Positions 1-12,011 of a stretch of DNA of 45,618 bases are shown piece after piece. Both the position numbers and the translations under genes were made by a program. This DNA comes from Octopus bimaculoides (lineage: Eukaryota), in the NCBI RefSeq assembly GCF_001194135.2, contig NC_068989.1, forward strand, positions 29,503,569 to 29,549,186, in the 5' to 3' direction. The notes beneath the pieces are model-generated. The model made no database searches. It saw only the letters and a list, made by a program, of their open reading frames with translations, and was not told where the DNA came from. Each line of letters begins with the position of its first letter. Position 1 is the stretch's first letter.

Positions 1-1260
1 AGAATCGAAATGTGATTGTTTCAGTTAGTGGAATAGTTTCATTTTTAAAGTGAAAGTATTTGACATGAGTGTTTTTGTTTCACTTTTGACACGTAATACT
101 TAAATAGTGGAGGAGATATGATGTTGCTATGGGCTCGAACTATGTAAGAAGTTAAATTTTTTTTTTGACTACAACACAGACTGAAACTTATCATGGAGAT
201 CTTCCTTCTGCTGCAAATCTAGAAATATTGCTACTTCTTCTCATAGTTCATAAAGCTGTCCAAGCATGTTCCCCTTTGATAGCCATCGTACATTCGCGTG
301 AAAAAGCAATACTTCACATTTAGATTCCATATCTTTACACAACAGTTTGAAAAGATGACTGTTTAAGGATCCACCTGTAACAAAGTTGACAACCTTGATA
401 GGACATTTCTCATTTCAGTAGGTAAGGTTCTGGATGCTAAGGCTTCACAATGAAGTATGCAGTGTGTACATACAACAGATGGATATTTTTCTTTCACGCT
501 AGTAATGAATACAGACTGCAGACCAAGCATCTGTGCACACCCCTACCAGCAAATCGCATGAAAGTTGGTTTTCCTGAAAGAAGTTTGATACATCATGAAA
601 AATAGCTGCTACTGTTGTATAACTATCCATAGGGTGACAGAACAACATTTCCTCTTTTACACAAAACGAGCATATACCAGTAGCTGAGAACACTGAGTGA
701 TGTCAGTCGTTTTGTCACACTGGATGGCAAAAACAGGAGAATCCCTTACTTGGTTGAGAATTTAATCTTTGATGTGTTGAGACAAGTCATCGATCCTTCC
801 CTTGACTGTATCGTTTGATAGTGAAATCTGCGAAAGCTTGTTTGCACTATCTTTCCCCAGAATGAGTTGTGATGCATGGAGTAGTCTTGGTTTCATGAGA
901 GACTCTCCGATGTTATGGCTCTTCTTGTTCTTTGCAATTGACATGGTAATCTCATAGGAAGCCTCAACAACCATTGAAGTTTGTTATTGAAATGCTCCAC
1001 TACTGTCCAACTCAGCTTGCTTCAAGGAATGTCTTTTTATTTCAAAGAATGCCTTGGGCTTGTCTGCAAGAGCAGGATGTGTTGTCCTCAAGTGGCATTC
1101 CAAACGTGAGGGTCGCATTCCATCATTGCTCAAAGTTTTGTAACATATCACACACTGGGGGACTTCTGTGTCACCCTTTTGGAGGGACATGAATCCAAAT
1201 CAAATATATTCGTCAAGATACTTCCGTTTCTTTGCACACCTTGTGAATTATTTGATGTGC
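1..1260 (-). mobile_element. Degenerate hAT (Buster/Charlie, ZBED5/SCAND3-like) transposase remnant, running off the window start; probably intronic in GRHPR
   Basis: Successive minus-strand frames give KKRKYLDEYI*FGF, PQCVICYKTLSNDGMRPSRLECHLRTTH (BED-like), ASYEITMSIAKNKKSHNIGESLMKP...LSNDTVKGRIDDLS, EEMLFCHPM...GVCTD and HCILHCEALASRTLP (CxxH). These are Buster-type hAT motifs broken by stops and frameshifts. Confidence 0.88.
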
Positions 1261-1952
1261 AGTGGACAACACAAATATGTGAACAAAAGATAAAGCACGT
1301 GTAAGTAATGTCAAAGTTAGAACGCTAGCCTAAGTTCTGAAAAAAAATTTGGAATAAAAGTTAAATTAAAAGAAAAGCTATGCAAAAAATTTGTACAATA
1401 AAATATTGTATTTATTTGTACGAAAATATAAAAAGAAGTTTCTTTAAAAAAGAAAAGATTTTGCATAGCTTTTAGTTTTACCTAGTACTTTCTGTAATAT
1501 TTATATATTTAAAGTTTTAGTTTAACATTTGGCTTTATATTATAATTTTGTCTTCTTACAAAAAAATTTACTATATTTTTAGCATAAACATTTAATATTA
1601 AAAATTTTTGTTTTATTGTTAAAATTTTTTATTTTTTCAATCTGTTTTAATTTTGAGACTGAATTTAATTGAGTGATAGTAGAACCTGTTACATACTTTT
1701 TGTTTTATTTCCTAATTTTAAATATATCATACTTTTCATCTTGCTAACATTTTTAAATAGTTTTCAATTTTTTAAATGAAGTTAATATTTCTTAGTATGT
1801 CACTATAATGATTTGATGTTTCAGCATGTCTCTTGTTTTTTTAAGAATTACATTATTTCATATATATGAAAACTGTGGATCAAATTTGTTTATAATCTGT
1901 TAACTGAAAAAGATGTTTGTCTTTACACGATAATAATATCTAAGCTTTATAC

Positions 1953-2288
1953 CAGTGGTTCTTAGCCTGAGTCTTGTTGTAACAAAAAAATTTACAAAAT
2001 AAAGGCAAATGTTAAAGCTACAATTCAGAATTACTGAGGGTTTTGAGGGATATGAAGTGGGTGTCAATAAGTACAGAAAATGGTAAGCGGTGCTCAGATA
2101 GTAGAATAAGAAAACTAAAAGTATAAGGTGATACTTTTGCATTTTCTTATAAACTTATTATTTGACCATGCTCTCATTAAGAGAATAACAAATGTAATTA
2201 GAGAAATTCCTGCTTTTTCTCAAGGGCTCACGCTCCCCTTGGAAATGACTGATCCCCCACACATACACACTATGGTTAAGAACCACTG
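1953..2288. mobile_element. Non-autonomous hAT-type element (MITE-like, 336 bp)
   Basis: Inverted termini CAGTGGTTCTTAGCC (1953-1967) and GGTTAAGAACCACTG (2274-2288), 14/15 match, Charlie/Buster-like. Both 8-bp flanks have a central TA (ctttatac / atctaaag) but do not form a TSD. Confidence 0.6.
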
Positions 2289-2328
2289 ATCTAAAGCTAT
2301 TTGTTGAAAACAATGTCATCTATTTCAG

Positions 2329-2499
2329 GTCCTCAATTGAAAGTAGTATCAACCTTATCTGTTGGTTATGATCACATTGATGTAGCTGAATGTGTTAAGC
2401 ATAATATTCGCCTTGGAAATACTCCAGATGTTTTAACTAAAGCCACAGCAGAATTGGGTGTAACTTTACTGTTGACAGTTTCAAGGAATATAGAGAAAG
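2329..2499 (+). CDS. GRHPR: GRHPR internal coding exon (phase 1 to phase 1, 171 nt)
   Basis: Acceptor tatttcAG|gt and donor aaag|GTcagt. Encodes GPQLKVVSTLSVGYDHIDVAECVKHNIRLGNTPDVLTKATAELGVTLLLTVSRNIEK, matching the GRHPR substrate-binding segment (human, from memory: ANLKVISTMSVGIDH...[20 protein letters not shown]). Confidence 0.93.
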
Positions 2500-3521
2500 G
2501 TCAGTCAGTTTTTTTGAAGTAAATCTAATGTTAAGTTGTAAATAATTTTTAGTTTGTTTCATTATCTACATTTATTGAAAATGAAATTCTCTTTGCTTTA
2601 ATTTAATTAACACTTGTAACTTGAAAATTATAAACAATTTCAGATGACTAGGAGAGCCCATATAAAGCCATTGATTTTGTTGTGTTTTTAGCAAAGTCAC
2701 TTGCGCAGTCGACTTAGCTACTCTTCGCTGTATGGAAAGATATACTATAAATCAGTAATTACTCTGACTGAGCTGAAATTCTCTCATGGATTACTGGGAA
2801 AAAATAGGTATCATCTGTAATGTTGTTATTCTAGACATTTTTCTTTTACTAGTTTGTCATTGGATTGCAGCCATGTTGGGGCTCTGCCTTCAGGATTTTT
2901 TAGCTGAACCTCCAATGCTTCAATCTGGTGCTTGTTTTATCATGGCTATGTTACCATTTTCATACATTGGGTTGAACATATATATATACACACATACATC
3001 TACGCACACTAACATATGCACACAACAGCCTTCTGCAGAGTTTCTCTGTACAAAATTCCACTCGTATTATTTAACAATATGGCCATACTTATGCCTACAA
3101 GCATCAACATGTTGCCAATGCTTTTCTCTACATCCTTGTTCAAGTATTTAGAGTTTAGTTCACTGTTACAAGCAGCAGTGACATGGTGTAATTAGTTGAT
3201 GGGTGTTTTGTTAGCTTACAATGCTGAGTTCATCTAATCCCATAGATGAAATAACTTCACTAACTTCAATTAGTATGTTCCTGAGGTAGTGGTAAAAAAT
3301 ATTGGATCTTTATATTCATTATCATATTCAGTATGCTCACATGGTGAATTAGACATGGGTACAAATTTAACATAGGAATTGGGACTATGGTCTTTTTTAT
3401 GTCATCAGAAGATAAGTCTGATTCATTCCAATCTGGAAAATAAGGCAAAAACAAAACAAAAAATAATTAAATAATCACAATGTTAAATTCTTCTCCATTT
3501 TCTGTTTTTAATATTCTTTAG

Positions 3522-4117
3522 CTGTATATGCTGTCAAATCTGGTGAATGGAGCTCTTGGAAATCTATGTGGTTATGTGGCTCTGGCTTAGAATATTCAAC
3601 AGTTGGTATTGTAGGAATGGGTCGAATTGGAACCACTCTACTTCAGATGTTGCAGCCTTTTGGTGTTTCCAGATTTTTGTATTCTTCCAAACAAGGAGCT
3701 CGTGAACTTCCGGTTGAAGCTGAATGTGTGGAATTTTGTACCCTTTTGAAAGAATCTGATTTTGTTATTGTTTGTTGCAGTCTGACTCCAGAAACAAAAG
3801 ATTTATTCAGAGCCGAAACATTTTCACAAATGAAGAAAACAGCAATCTTCATTAATATATCCCGTGGCGCAGTGGTAAACCAGGAAGATTTATATGATAG
3901 TCTAAAGAATAAAACTATTTTGGCAGCAGGACTGGATGTAACAACTCCAGAACCCTTGCCAACGGATAGTCCTTTGTTATCATTAGATAATTGCACTATT
4001 TTGCCACATATTGGCAGTGCTACAATTAAAGCAAGATCAATTATGTCAGAGCTGACTGCAAAAAATATTTTGGCTGCTTTGGAAGGAAAACCCATGCCTG
4101 CCGAGATTAAATTGTAA
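3522..4117 (+). CDS. GRHPR: GRHPR terminal coding exon (596 nt, TAA at 4115-4117)
   Basis: Acceptor atattctttAG|ct is in phase with the 2499 donor, giving ...IEK-A-VYAVKSGEWSSWKSMWLCG. Contains the Rossmann motif GIVGMGRIG and catalytic motifs ISRG, GLDVTTPEP and LPHIGSAT. Ends PMPAEIKL* (human PMPSELKL). Confidence 0.96.
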
Positions 4118-4254
4118 TACATTCCTGACTGATAACATTCTTAGAACTTGAAATAATTCTATTATTTTATGATGATACATCATTACCTAAATTTACTAAG
4201 AATCATAAAAGAACTTGTAATTTTTGTGGCATTAAATATAAGTTCAATTAAAAA

Positions 4255-4260
4255 AATAAA
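4255..4260 (+). promoter_or_regulatory. Candidate GRHPR polyadenylation signal
   Basis: AATAAA about 140 nt after the stop codon (ATTAAA also at 4231), followed by T/GT-rich sequence. The region is AT-rich, so this could be chance. Confidence 0.4.
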
Positions 4261-4712
4261 ATAATTTGCTGAACATTGTTTTATTGTGAATATATTTCTT
4301 TGAAGCAACAATTTCATATCATTTCATGCATAATTTTTTAACAAATTGATGATAAAGAAAGGAGCTCTAAAGAGAAATAATGCCTTTGCATTATTTTGAA
4401 AAATTTATACATTTTTCAGCTGGCTACTATATTTTAGGACTCATTTGTAGTATCTAGGTGTTCCACAAGAAATTTTTATGACACTAATCTGTATAAATTG
4501 AGTAAGTTGTGAGCGACAGTGGGTATTGGTATTCTGATAGGAATTCTGGAAGGGGCTGATTTAAAAAACTGAAATTCTGGAAAAATTGTTTTTCCAGAAT
4601 TTGGCTGTTATTTCAAGCATATTGAACAACTGGTTTGAGGCCTTCTTCATCTTGACTGTTGGTTTAACAAATGTCCATGCAAGCAGCAATGGGCAGTTAA
4701 GTTTAAAATACA

Positions 4713-4798
4713 TTCTTTTATTCTTTTACTAGTTTCAGTCATTTAACTGTGACCATGCTAGAGCACCGCCTTTTAGTCAAAGAAATCGACTCCTGGAC
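4713..4798 (-). mobile_element. 3' tail fragment of a SINE abutting the truncated Gypsy RT
   Basis: tcttttactagtttcagtcatttaactgtgaccatgctagagcaccgcc is the diverged reverse complement of the SINE tail at about 24230-24280. Confidence 0.6.
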
Positions 4799-6400
4799 CC
4801 ACAAGGTCTCCAATCTGTTTTGTTTTTCCTAATCAAATGTAAAGGTACAGACCAGTTATTAGATAAAAGACAAATTATACCTAGTTCCATCATATGATGA
4901 AATTCGGCCTTTGCTGCTTTAAGTTTCTCAGGAGAAAGCCTATGTGATTGTGAAAAGCTTAGCGGACCTTGAGTTATAATGTGATGCGTAACTGAATGTC
5001 CACATTTACTGTTAGGTGACAATGGTTTTGTAATTTGAGGATAATTTTTCAAAATTTTATGATAAGGATTGGTTGTAGACACTATAAGATATAATGGACA
5101 AACCATAGCGTTTCTGCATTTCATGCCCTTAATTGAAAAACTTGTAACAGAATCTACTAATTTTTATTCTTTTACATCCACCAACAAACTATACAATAGA
5201 AAATCTGACCCTAATATCGGATAAGGCAAATCTGCCACTATGAATACCCATTTAAACTCTCACCCTAAGTTAAGATTGAGTGTTAAGGATATTTCTCCAA
5301 AAGTTTTGATATCCGAGTGATTTACCACTTGAAGTGTCATAACTGTAACTTTAGGTTTTTCTTTAAGTAGTTTAACAGGCCAAATGCTACAGGCAGCATC
5401 TGTTTCAACCAGAAATCTTTTTTTTGATATTAAGTCAAAAATGTAAAATACATGACTGTGTGAGAAATGGCCTGCAGATTTCGTCGCATCTAATCTGTAG
5501 CTTTGAAGTTTTCCAGTACTTTTCTGTTCACATAGTTAAATGAACATGGTTGCATATAGTTATGAGCCTTGGTACCAAAACAGAAATGATACCAACAATA
5601 TGCAGAATTTCTACTAGGACTTCGTGAGCGACTACAGGATCATCTCTGGAATTGAGAAGAAAAATGCCTACTATATCTGGTCAAATGCATGTTTTCTAAT
5701 TTATTTGATAAAAGCTGGATTTGTTTTCTCAAATTCTTTCTTACTTCATTCAGCTCCAAAAGAAAGAGAAAATATCAAGCTGTTAGTTGACATGTCAATG
5801 TTAACTGGATTACACACATTTGAAGGATTTTGTGCTGATGAAATATCCATTATTCCATCTGCTAATTCTGCAAGCTGCATTATTGAGCTTTGCTCCTGGA
5901 CTGTAGATAGCAAAGTTTGCATACTAACTGGTAATTGTGAAAAAAATATTTCCTTATCGAAGGACTCTTCAATTTGGTCACCTCCTAAAAGTTCCTTCAT
6001 TCTTCTAAGAAGCTGTGAAGGTTTTTGATGTACAAGTTGTTCATCATGCAACAATTGAGAGAAAGATTTTTGTTTAGAACTTGATGTGCATCTCAATATT
6101 TCTTCCTTGGTCGTTAAATATAACCCATGTCCCACAGGATCGGTCAAGATATCTCTAATCTTGTTACTCAATGGAGCGGGTAGATAACTAATTATGTAAA
6201 AAAAAACGAGTGGAAAAACTACTTTGCTTGACAATTATTAATCTACAATGTCGAAATTGCAATTTTGTTGCTAGAAAGTGCAGTCAAATCCTGGCTGAAA
6301 CTACAGCGTTAGCCTGCAAAAGTTTTTCGGCGTTCTTCATACTTGTGCCTTGCTTTCGATAAAATCACATTAGGCGGTCACCAGTTTTGTTGTAATTTGC
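4798..6400 (-). mobile_element. Ty3/Gypsy LTR retrotransposon remnant (gag, protease, start of RT), 3'-truncated
   Basis: gag KPSQLLRRMKELLG...FFSQLP; knuckle-like CWYHFCFGTKAHNYMQPCSF; protease RFLVETDAACSIWP (DTG mutated) and FIVADLPYPILGSDFL; RT start RLSPEKLKAAKAEFHHMMELGII...WSVPLHLIRK...WRPCG. No YxDD, RNase H or integrase seen. Confidence 0.9.
6373..6383 (-). promoter_or_regulatory. Putative primer-binding site of the Gypsy element
   Basis: Minus strand reads ...ttacaaca-aaac-TGGTGACCGCC just upstream of gag, the usual LTR-end CA / short spacer / TGG layout. Confidence 0.55.
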
Positions 6401-7054
6401 ATTCTATTTTGTCGTCTTCATATATATTCAATGGTTCATATATATTCATCAGATATGATATAATTAAGTTGGACTAAATATGTTGTGTTTGACATGTATG
6501 TATCTTTCAATTAAACTAACATCTTTTACTACTTGCTGTTGGTAGAATGACAAGAATAGTCAAATACATTTTTGTGGAGAAGTGTAAAAAGATCAATTGT
6601 TTTCAAATTTGGTAAATGGATTAAGTTTTGTATAGTAATTATGAAAATGAAATTAATTTTTCATATAAACCCATAATTAAAAAGTTATTAGCCTTTAAAA
6701 ATTTCAAAATTAAGGTATTTTAGCTAATCAGAAACAAGTATTTTACACATCACCATGGCGAAGAACTCTGTTTCCATAGTAACCAAAGCAATGAAACACC
6801 TCATGTTCCACAGCTGATTGTTTACATAGTAGCCAAAGATGCTGTGCATGTTCACAAGGAATGTAACCACTGTTTTGACTGTTATTTTTAGCAATTCCTG
6901 TTGGTTTGCTCTTAGCTTTGCTTGCAAATCTTTTAATGTTTTTCACTGTTTACTGTAGCTAGTTTAATGTTTTTTGACATGCTGGTGCATGGATCTTCAT
7001 CTGTTTTTAGGATGATCATTCCAGTTGTATGATTAATTGAACTGGTTACACATT

Positions 7055-7152
7055 CAACCTTCAAAGGATGAAAAGGCAAAATCAACCTCGGTGGAATTTG
7101 AACTCAGAATGTAAAGCATTTTACCCAGTGTGCTAATGATTCTGTCAGCTTA
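7055..7152 (-). mobile_element. tRNA-derived SINE head fragment flanked by 12-bp direct repeats
   Basis: Similar to the head of the full SINE at 32487-32718 (B box GAGTTCAAATTCC on minus). TGGTTACACATT occurs at 7043-7054 and 7153-7164. Confidence 0.65.
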
Positions 7153-8614
7153 TGGTTACACATTATATTACACATTATACGTCTTATGGTTACACATTAT
7201 ATTAACATATAACTGACTGAGTATACCACAGCACACATGTACCCGCAACATAATCCATAAGTAGAATCAGTACAACCCAGGCTAGGCCTTTTAATTACAG
7301 GTCCAGGATCTAATTACAGTGTAATTTGGCTGAGTATTCCATAGATATATGTGGTCTTAATATAATTCTGGGACAGAATCAGTGTGACACATGATGGACA
7401 TAGCCAGAATTTCAACTGAATGTTTCTCAACTATTAAGAAAAATGCACCATTCACTGAATAAATTGTGGAAAATCACAACAAAATTAAACTAAATTATCA
7501 GTATATTCTATTGACAAGGAGTTGTGGGTCACAGATTTCTTCATTTCCCCTTATTGGTTATGTATTTGGTGTGAGACTAGGTTGGCCCTTTAGTTGTACT
7601 TCACTTGGCAGGGTTCCACATTGTGTCTAACCAATTTTACTCCCAATGCTTTGGCCACCTGACAGATTAACTACTAAGTCACTCTCAGAGATGCTCCATC
7701 CTCTGACATTCTGTGTCCCCTCTCTCTGCCATTTCTACAGCTACTATATGGCTTCTGCTCCTTGCAGCTAGCTGAACTTACCTCATGTCCTCTCAAACAT
7801 TCCCATCCCACCTGCCTCTTTTCTTCCCATCATCCCTCTTATGTCCACTACCACCTCACCCCCACCTACAAGGTCTCACATTTATTACTATGCTCAGTCT
7901 TTCCTCCCTAAAATGGCTTCCCTCAAGAAATCCCTCCCTGCTCATATCTTTACTGCAGATGTTGGTTTATGAAAGTTCACAAAGAACATCAATGGTATTA
8001 ATCATTAACCTCACTCATCTAGATGGTCTGTGAAGGGCATAGGCTCTGTCCCTTCTTTCAGATCCAACATGAGTAGAAGATAAAACAAAAAAAAAGATCA
8101 AACCAAAACTAGGCTAAAAGATTCTAGGCTAAAGGATTATGATGTCAACTAATAAGTTTACATCATAATCATATGCCCCTCTTCACTCCCTTCCTGAGGT
8201 ATAGAGGTAAAACTGTACATGTGGTGAGCAAGTAATGTAACTGGTAGGTTTGGGTCCAGCTCCATCACCCTGTAGAGCTGAAACTGGCAGAATGAATCAG
8301 AATAGTTATTTCCTAAATGATACGGAAGGAAAAAGGGCATAGGATTGAGGGGTGGGATGTGAAAGACAGAAATTTTCCAGTGTATGAAACAAAAAAAGAT
8401 TAAAAACAGAATGAAGGAAACCTGCCCACCTCACTTTTCCTTTCCTGTGAGGTATGGAACTTTGAAGGACTGTTGTTCCAAAAATTCTGCCCAGAATGGA
8501 GTGCCAGACTAAATGCTTTGTTCTATTCAGTTATGTTCCTCTGCATTCTGAGTTCAAATCCCACAAAAGTCAGTTTTACCTTTAATCCAGCAGGTATCAA
8601 TAAAATAAATTACA

Positions 8615-9420
8615 CTAGAATAGCTTGCCAATAACAATGCATTTCTCCATTCTTCTGTTAGAAAAGGGGATTATCACACACACTCTTCTCCCCTTTGTTT
8701 TTTGTACATGTGCATTATAGATGCATCTTTGAACTGCAGGGGAACAGATCCAGTTTCTCAGATCAAACATCAGTTTGCACAGCTTACTTACAAGTTGTGT
8801 GCTACCATGCTTGTACACCTCTATTGGAATATTGTCTTGTCCAAGAACTTTACCATTAGAAAGTTTTTTGATAGTAGTACTTATCTCTTCCAAGGAAGGA
8901 TGTTCTACTAGTTCTTCAATTATAGATCACTGGGAATTTTGTTGATTACATCAGCAGCGGTAGTGGATTTTTTATTTGATACAGATTTAAAGTGTTCAGC
9001 CCATCTTTTTAGAATTTCATCTTTCCTACTTAAGAGATTTGTTCCATCGTAAGAGAGAGCAGATTCTGTACTACCTTTTTTGGGGCCAAACACATTTTTC
9101 ACAATGTTATAGATTTAAGTTGTGAGAATTAGCAACCTGTTCCAATTCTCAGGCTTTTTTTGTCCACCAAATTTTTCATCTCATGCAGTTTTTTGCATAG
9201 TTTTTCTACAGGAGAAGTATAGGAATTTGGATGTTGATGAGTTTTTGTCTGAGATCCATGTCTTGTGTCTCTCATGCAAAGTTTCTTATTGGTGTTTGTT
9301 TCACAAATCCTAGAACTACTTCAGCAGATGATTTGATTCTGTCATGAATATTGTGCCACAGCACTTCAGGCATTCCTCTATTTCTGTAAGCTTTGAATTT
9401 AAATGTATTTCAAAATTTTT
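8615..9420 (-). mobile_element. RTE (BovB/RTE-1-like) LINE internal fragment
   Basis: LLSRKDEILKRWAEHFKSV and EEISTTIKKLSNGKVLGQDNIPIEVYKHG are the RTE endonuclease-RT linker and pre-RT motifs; frameshifted. Confidence 0.85.
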
Positions 9421-9429
9421 TGTCATTTC

Positions 9430-11692
9430 TGGATTTTATACAGAAGCAACATTTTTTCTTGGAAGTAAACTGGATTTCAGTGGCCTCTTTCCATATGGCT
9501 TAACAAATACCTTGCTATGAACCATTCTGTGATCCAAGTAACACTTGAGAGTTTTGTGAGTTCTGGTGAATCTGAAATCACTGCAATCCTTGTTCTTAGC
9601 CCAGCATGTACCAGTAACCAGATTGGGGATGCTTCCAGGTGCTTTTGCATTTATCTGCCTGCCCAAACACTGTATTTGGTTCAGTTCCAGTCCCATTCAT
9701 CCAGAGGTCATGTGCCTGTAGAAGCTTCACTGACGAGGAGAAGCTGAATGCCACTCAAGGAGAAGGTTGTTGATCGGTACCAGTTTCTTGGGAAATCAAT
9801 TAAAGGCAGAAAAGAGAGAGTGGCAGAATTATCAAGAGAGGTGACACTACTATGGAAAGATAAATTGAATTTTCCAATCATTTCCAAGCTCAAAAATGTG
9901 ATTCATTTGCATGACAAATGCATCAAGAAAGGAAAATTTGAGCCATTAGAAGAACTGTTCAATATCACTAAAGTCCGCAGTGAATGGCTCAATGTTGATG
10001 ACAACACTCTGTACTCCATCCAGCTCCAAAGCAAGGGTGAAGGGAGTTATTCGACAAGCAAAGCTACAAGCAAGCACACTATCCATCCTTCCAAGAGAAG
10101 ATTCTCTGATGCAGAGGCCTCCCATTCTTTATCAAACTCAATAGCCCTGGATACTGACAGTGATTCTGAAGAAGAGATTGAAGAGTACAATTATGGTGAA
10201 GACGACAGAGTTGATCAAAATGATGGTGATAGCGATGGCACTTATCCTTCCACAAGAAGGCACAAATCTGCAATTGGTACGAGATTTCTAACTGGAACAA
10301 ATGTCTCTACCAACAAAGCTGCAAAAATCTGCAAACAATTGTCAGAGGAGGACATTGATATCTCAGCTCCTAGTCAGCAAGGCATTTACAATGCACAATT
10401 CAAGAAAACTGGTGAAATGAAGAAACATTAAGATCGATATACTACACAATCAGAAATGGAGCCTGCATTTTGATGGTAAACATATTGATTGAAATGAATA
10501 TCAAGCAGTTGTCGCCAAGAATGAAACAAGTGAAATCAAACCGGCTGCTCTGAAGCTGTGTGATGGCAAGGCTGAGACCATTGCAGAGGATTGAAAAGCG
10601 TCTTGGGTGAATTCCCCTTGTGGTGTGCAATCTCAATGATTATTGCTGATACAGGATGAAAGAGTAGGGTAGTGGTTAAACTGCAGAGAATGTTCTTGAG
10701 CAAAGGATATGAGAAGCCACAATTTGTGAGCAGCCAACACCATGTCTTGGACAGAATCCTGCATATTGTTATGGATGAGGAGCTAGCAGGCACAAGCAAT
10801 TCACTCAATATCGAATTTTTCTTGTCAAAGAACTCATGACAAGTTATGAATAACTCCAAGGCTCCTTCCAGAATGGAACTTATCATTGAAGATAAAGCTG
10901 GTTGGAGAGATGATATGAAGTTTCTGTTCCACTTAACCCATGCCTTCAGGTTCTTCCATGAAAAGGGAGATGTAGATTTCATCAAGTTTCAAAAAATTCT
11001 GAACATCAGTAATGCCAGATGGAATTTGCAAGCAATCTTAGCCCTTCTTGCATTTTCCCTCATGCCACATGTGAGAGATTGCAGATGATCTGCCAGTTTA
11101 TCTCATATGACTGGGCAGACCACTGGTTTAGTGACTGAGTGTATAGAGCTGAAGTCTATCCAGAGCTATTGCAAGCACTACTACCCTTCAAGACTCATTT
11201 GAAATGCTTGACAAATCATTGGAAACAAGAGCCCTCAAAACTAAACATCAGTAGAAGCAATCAAAGCTGTGAGCAAGCAATTAAGGTCACGCAAGAACTA
11301 CACACCACATACAAGAACAAAGCCAACCTGTTGCCATTGTGTTTCATTCTCTCTATTAGATTTGCTGCAACTTGACTATTGACTAATTTGACTTTATACG
11401 ACTTACCTTATTTTTATTGTTCTGGAATGCAGAATGCAGTTCTTTTAACAGTTATGGATTAAATGTTTTGGATCTTTTTCCCTTTTTTGTTTTTTATTCT
11501 ATCGGGGTTCTAGTTTTTGGAAATCCACCCAAATACAACCAAGTATAAAAATGACAAAGTTAGTCATGGGTGAACTTTTATGATCGAATAAAAATAAAAA
11601 TAAAAAAACCCATTGATTTTTCATTGTCTTCAAGCAAAAACTCATCAGAATATGATACAGGACTATGGAGTTACAAAAAAGTTGTATCCCTA
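9430..11692 (+). mobile_element. Degenerate hAT-superfamily DNA transposon (hATm / 'cc8K15.2-like' type), left end lost
   Basis: The 227-aa ORF 9748-10431 continues through stops and shifts into WSLHFDGK (D1), IIADTG (D2, partly deleted), SQHHVLDRIL (CxxH position), GWRDDMKFLFHL, SNARWN and SCEQAIK (E). Right end reads TAGGGATACAAC on minus from 11692. The subgroup label is from memory and less certain than the hAT call. Confidence 0.7.
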
Positions 11693-11991
11693 GTGCACAT
11701 AGCATGGTGAGATTCAGTGACCAGGTTTTGGGTGGGTGTTCTGCTTGCTATGGGCAGGTCTTCTTGAGCATGGCAGAGCACCAACCCTCCTGATCCATTG
11801 TCATCTCCTCTGTAAGGCTCAGCATCTTGAGCTCAGCATTCACAACCTCTCTTTCATAATTTATATTGTTCATGAAGCCAAATCTCCTGGAAATAATCCA
11901 AATATGGACAAATACCAAAGGAACTAGGGCCTATAAAGATAAGTAGATAGAAATAGATTCTGCTGAATTTAGAAAGTTTATTGGATTGATT

Positions 11992-12011
11992 ACACACACA
12001 CACACACACAC
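11992..12011. repeat. (AC)10 microsatellite
   Basis: Read directly from the sequence. Confidence 0.95.

Noticed and set aside
2640-2790. Possible intronic C/D snoRNA
   Set aside because: No proper RUGAUGA box C or terminal stem; CTGA alone is too common.
3266-3454. Minus-strand exon-like segment in the GRHPR intron (acceptor ttttccag, acidic peptide)
   Set aside because: The frame shifts and stops; no family recognised. Possibly TE debris.
4106-4117. GRHPR C-terminal IKL as a peroxisomal PTS1
   Set aside because: Does not fit (S/A/C)(K/R/H)(L/M); the human orthologue ends LKL and is not peroxisomal.
3643-4122. 159-aa minus-strand ORF
   Set aside because: Antisense shadow of the GRHPR terminal exon; no motifs.
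5624-6028. 134-aa plus-strand ORF
   Set aside because: Antisense to Gypsy gag.
6724-6946. Two overlapping coding-looking minus ORFs
   Set aside because: No recognisable homology or splice context.
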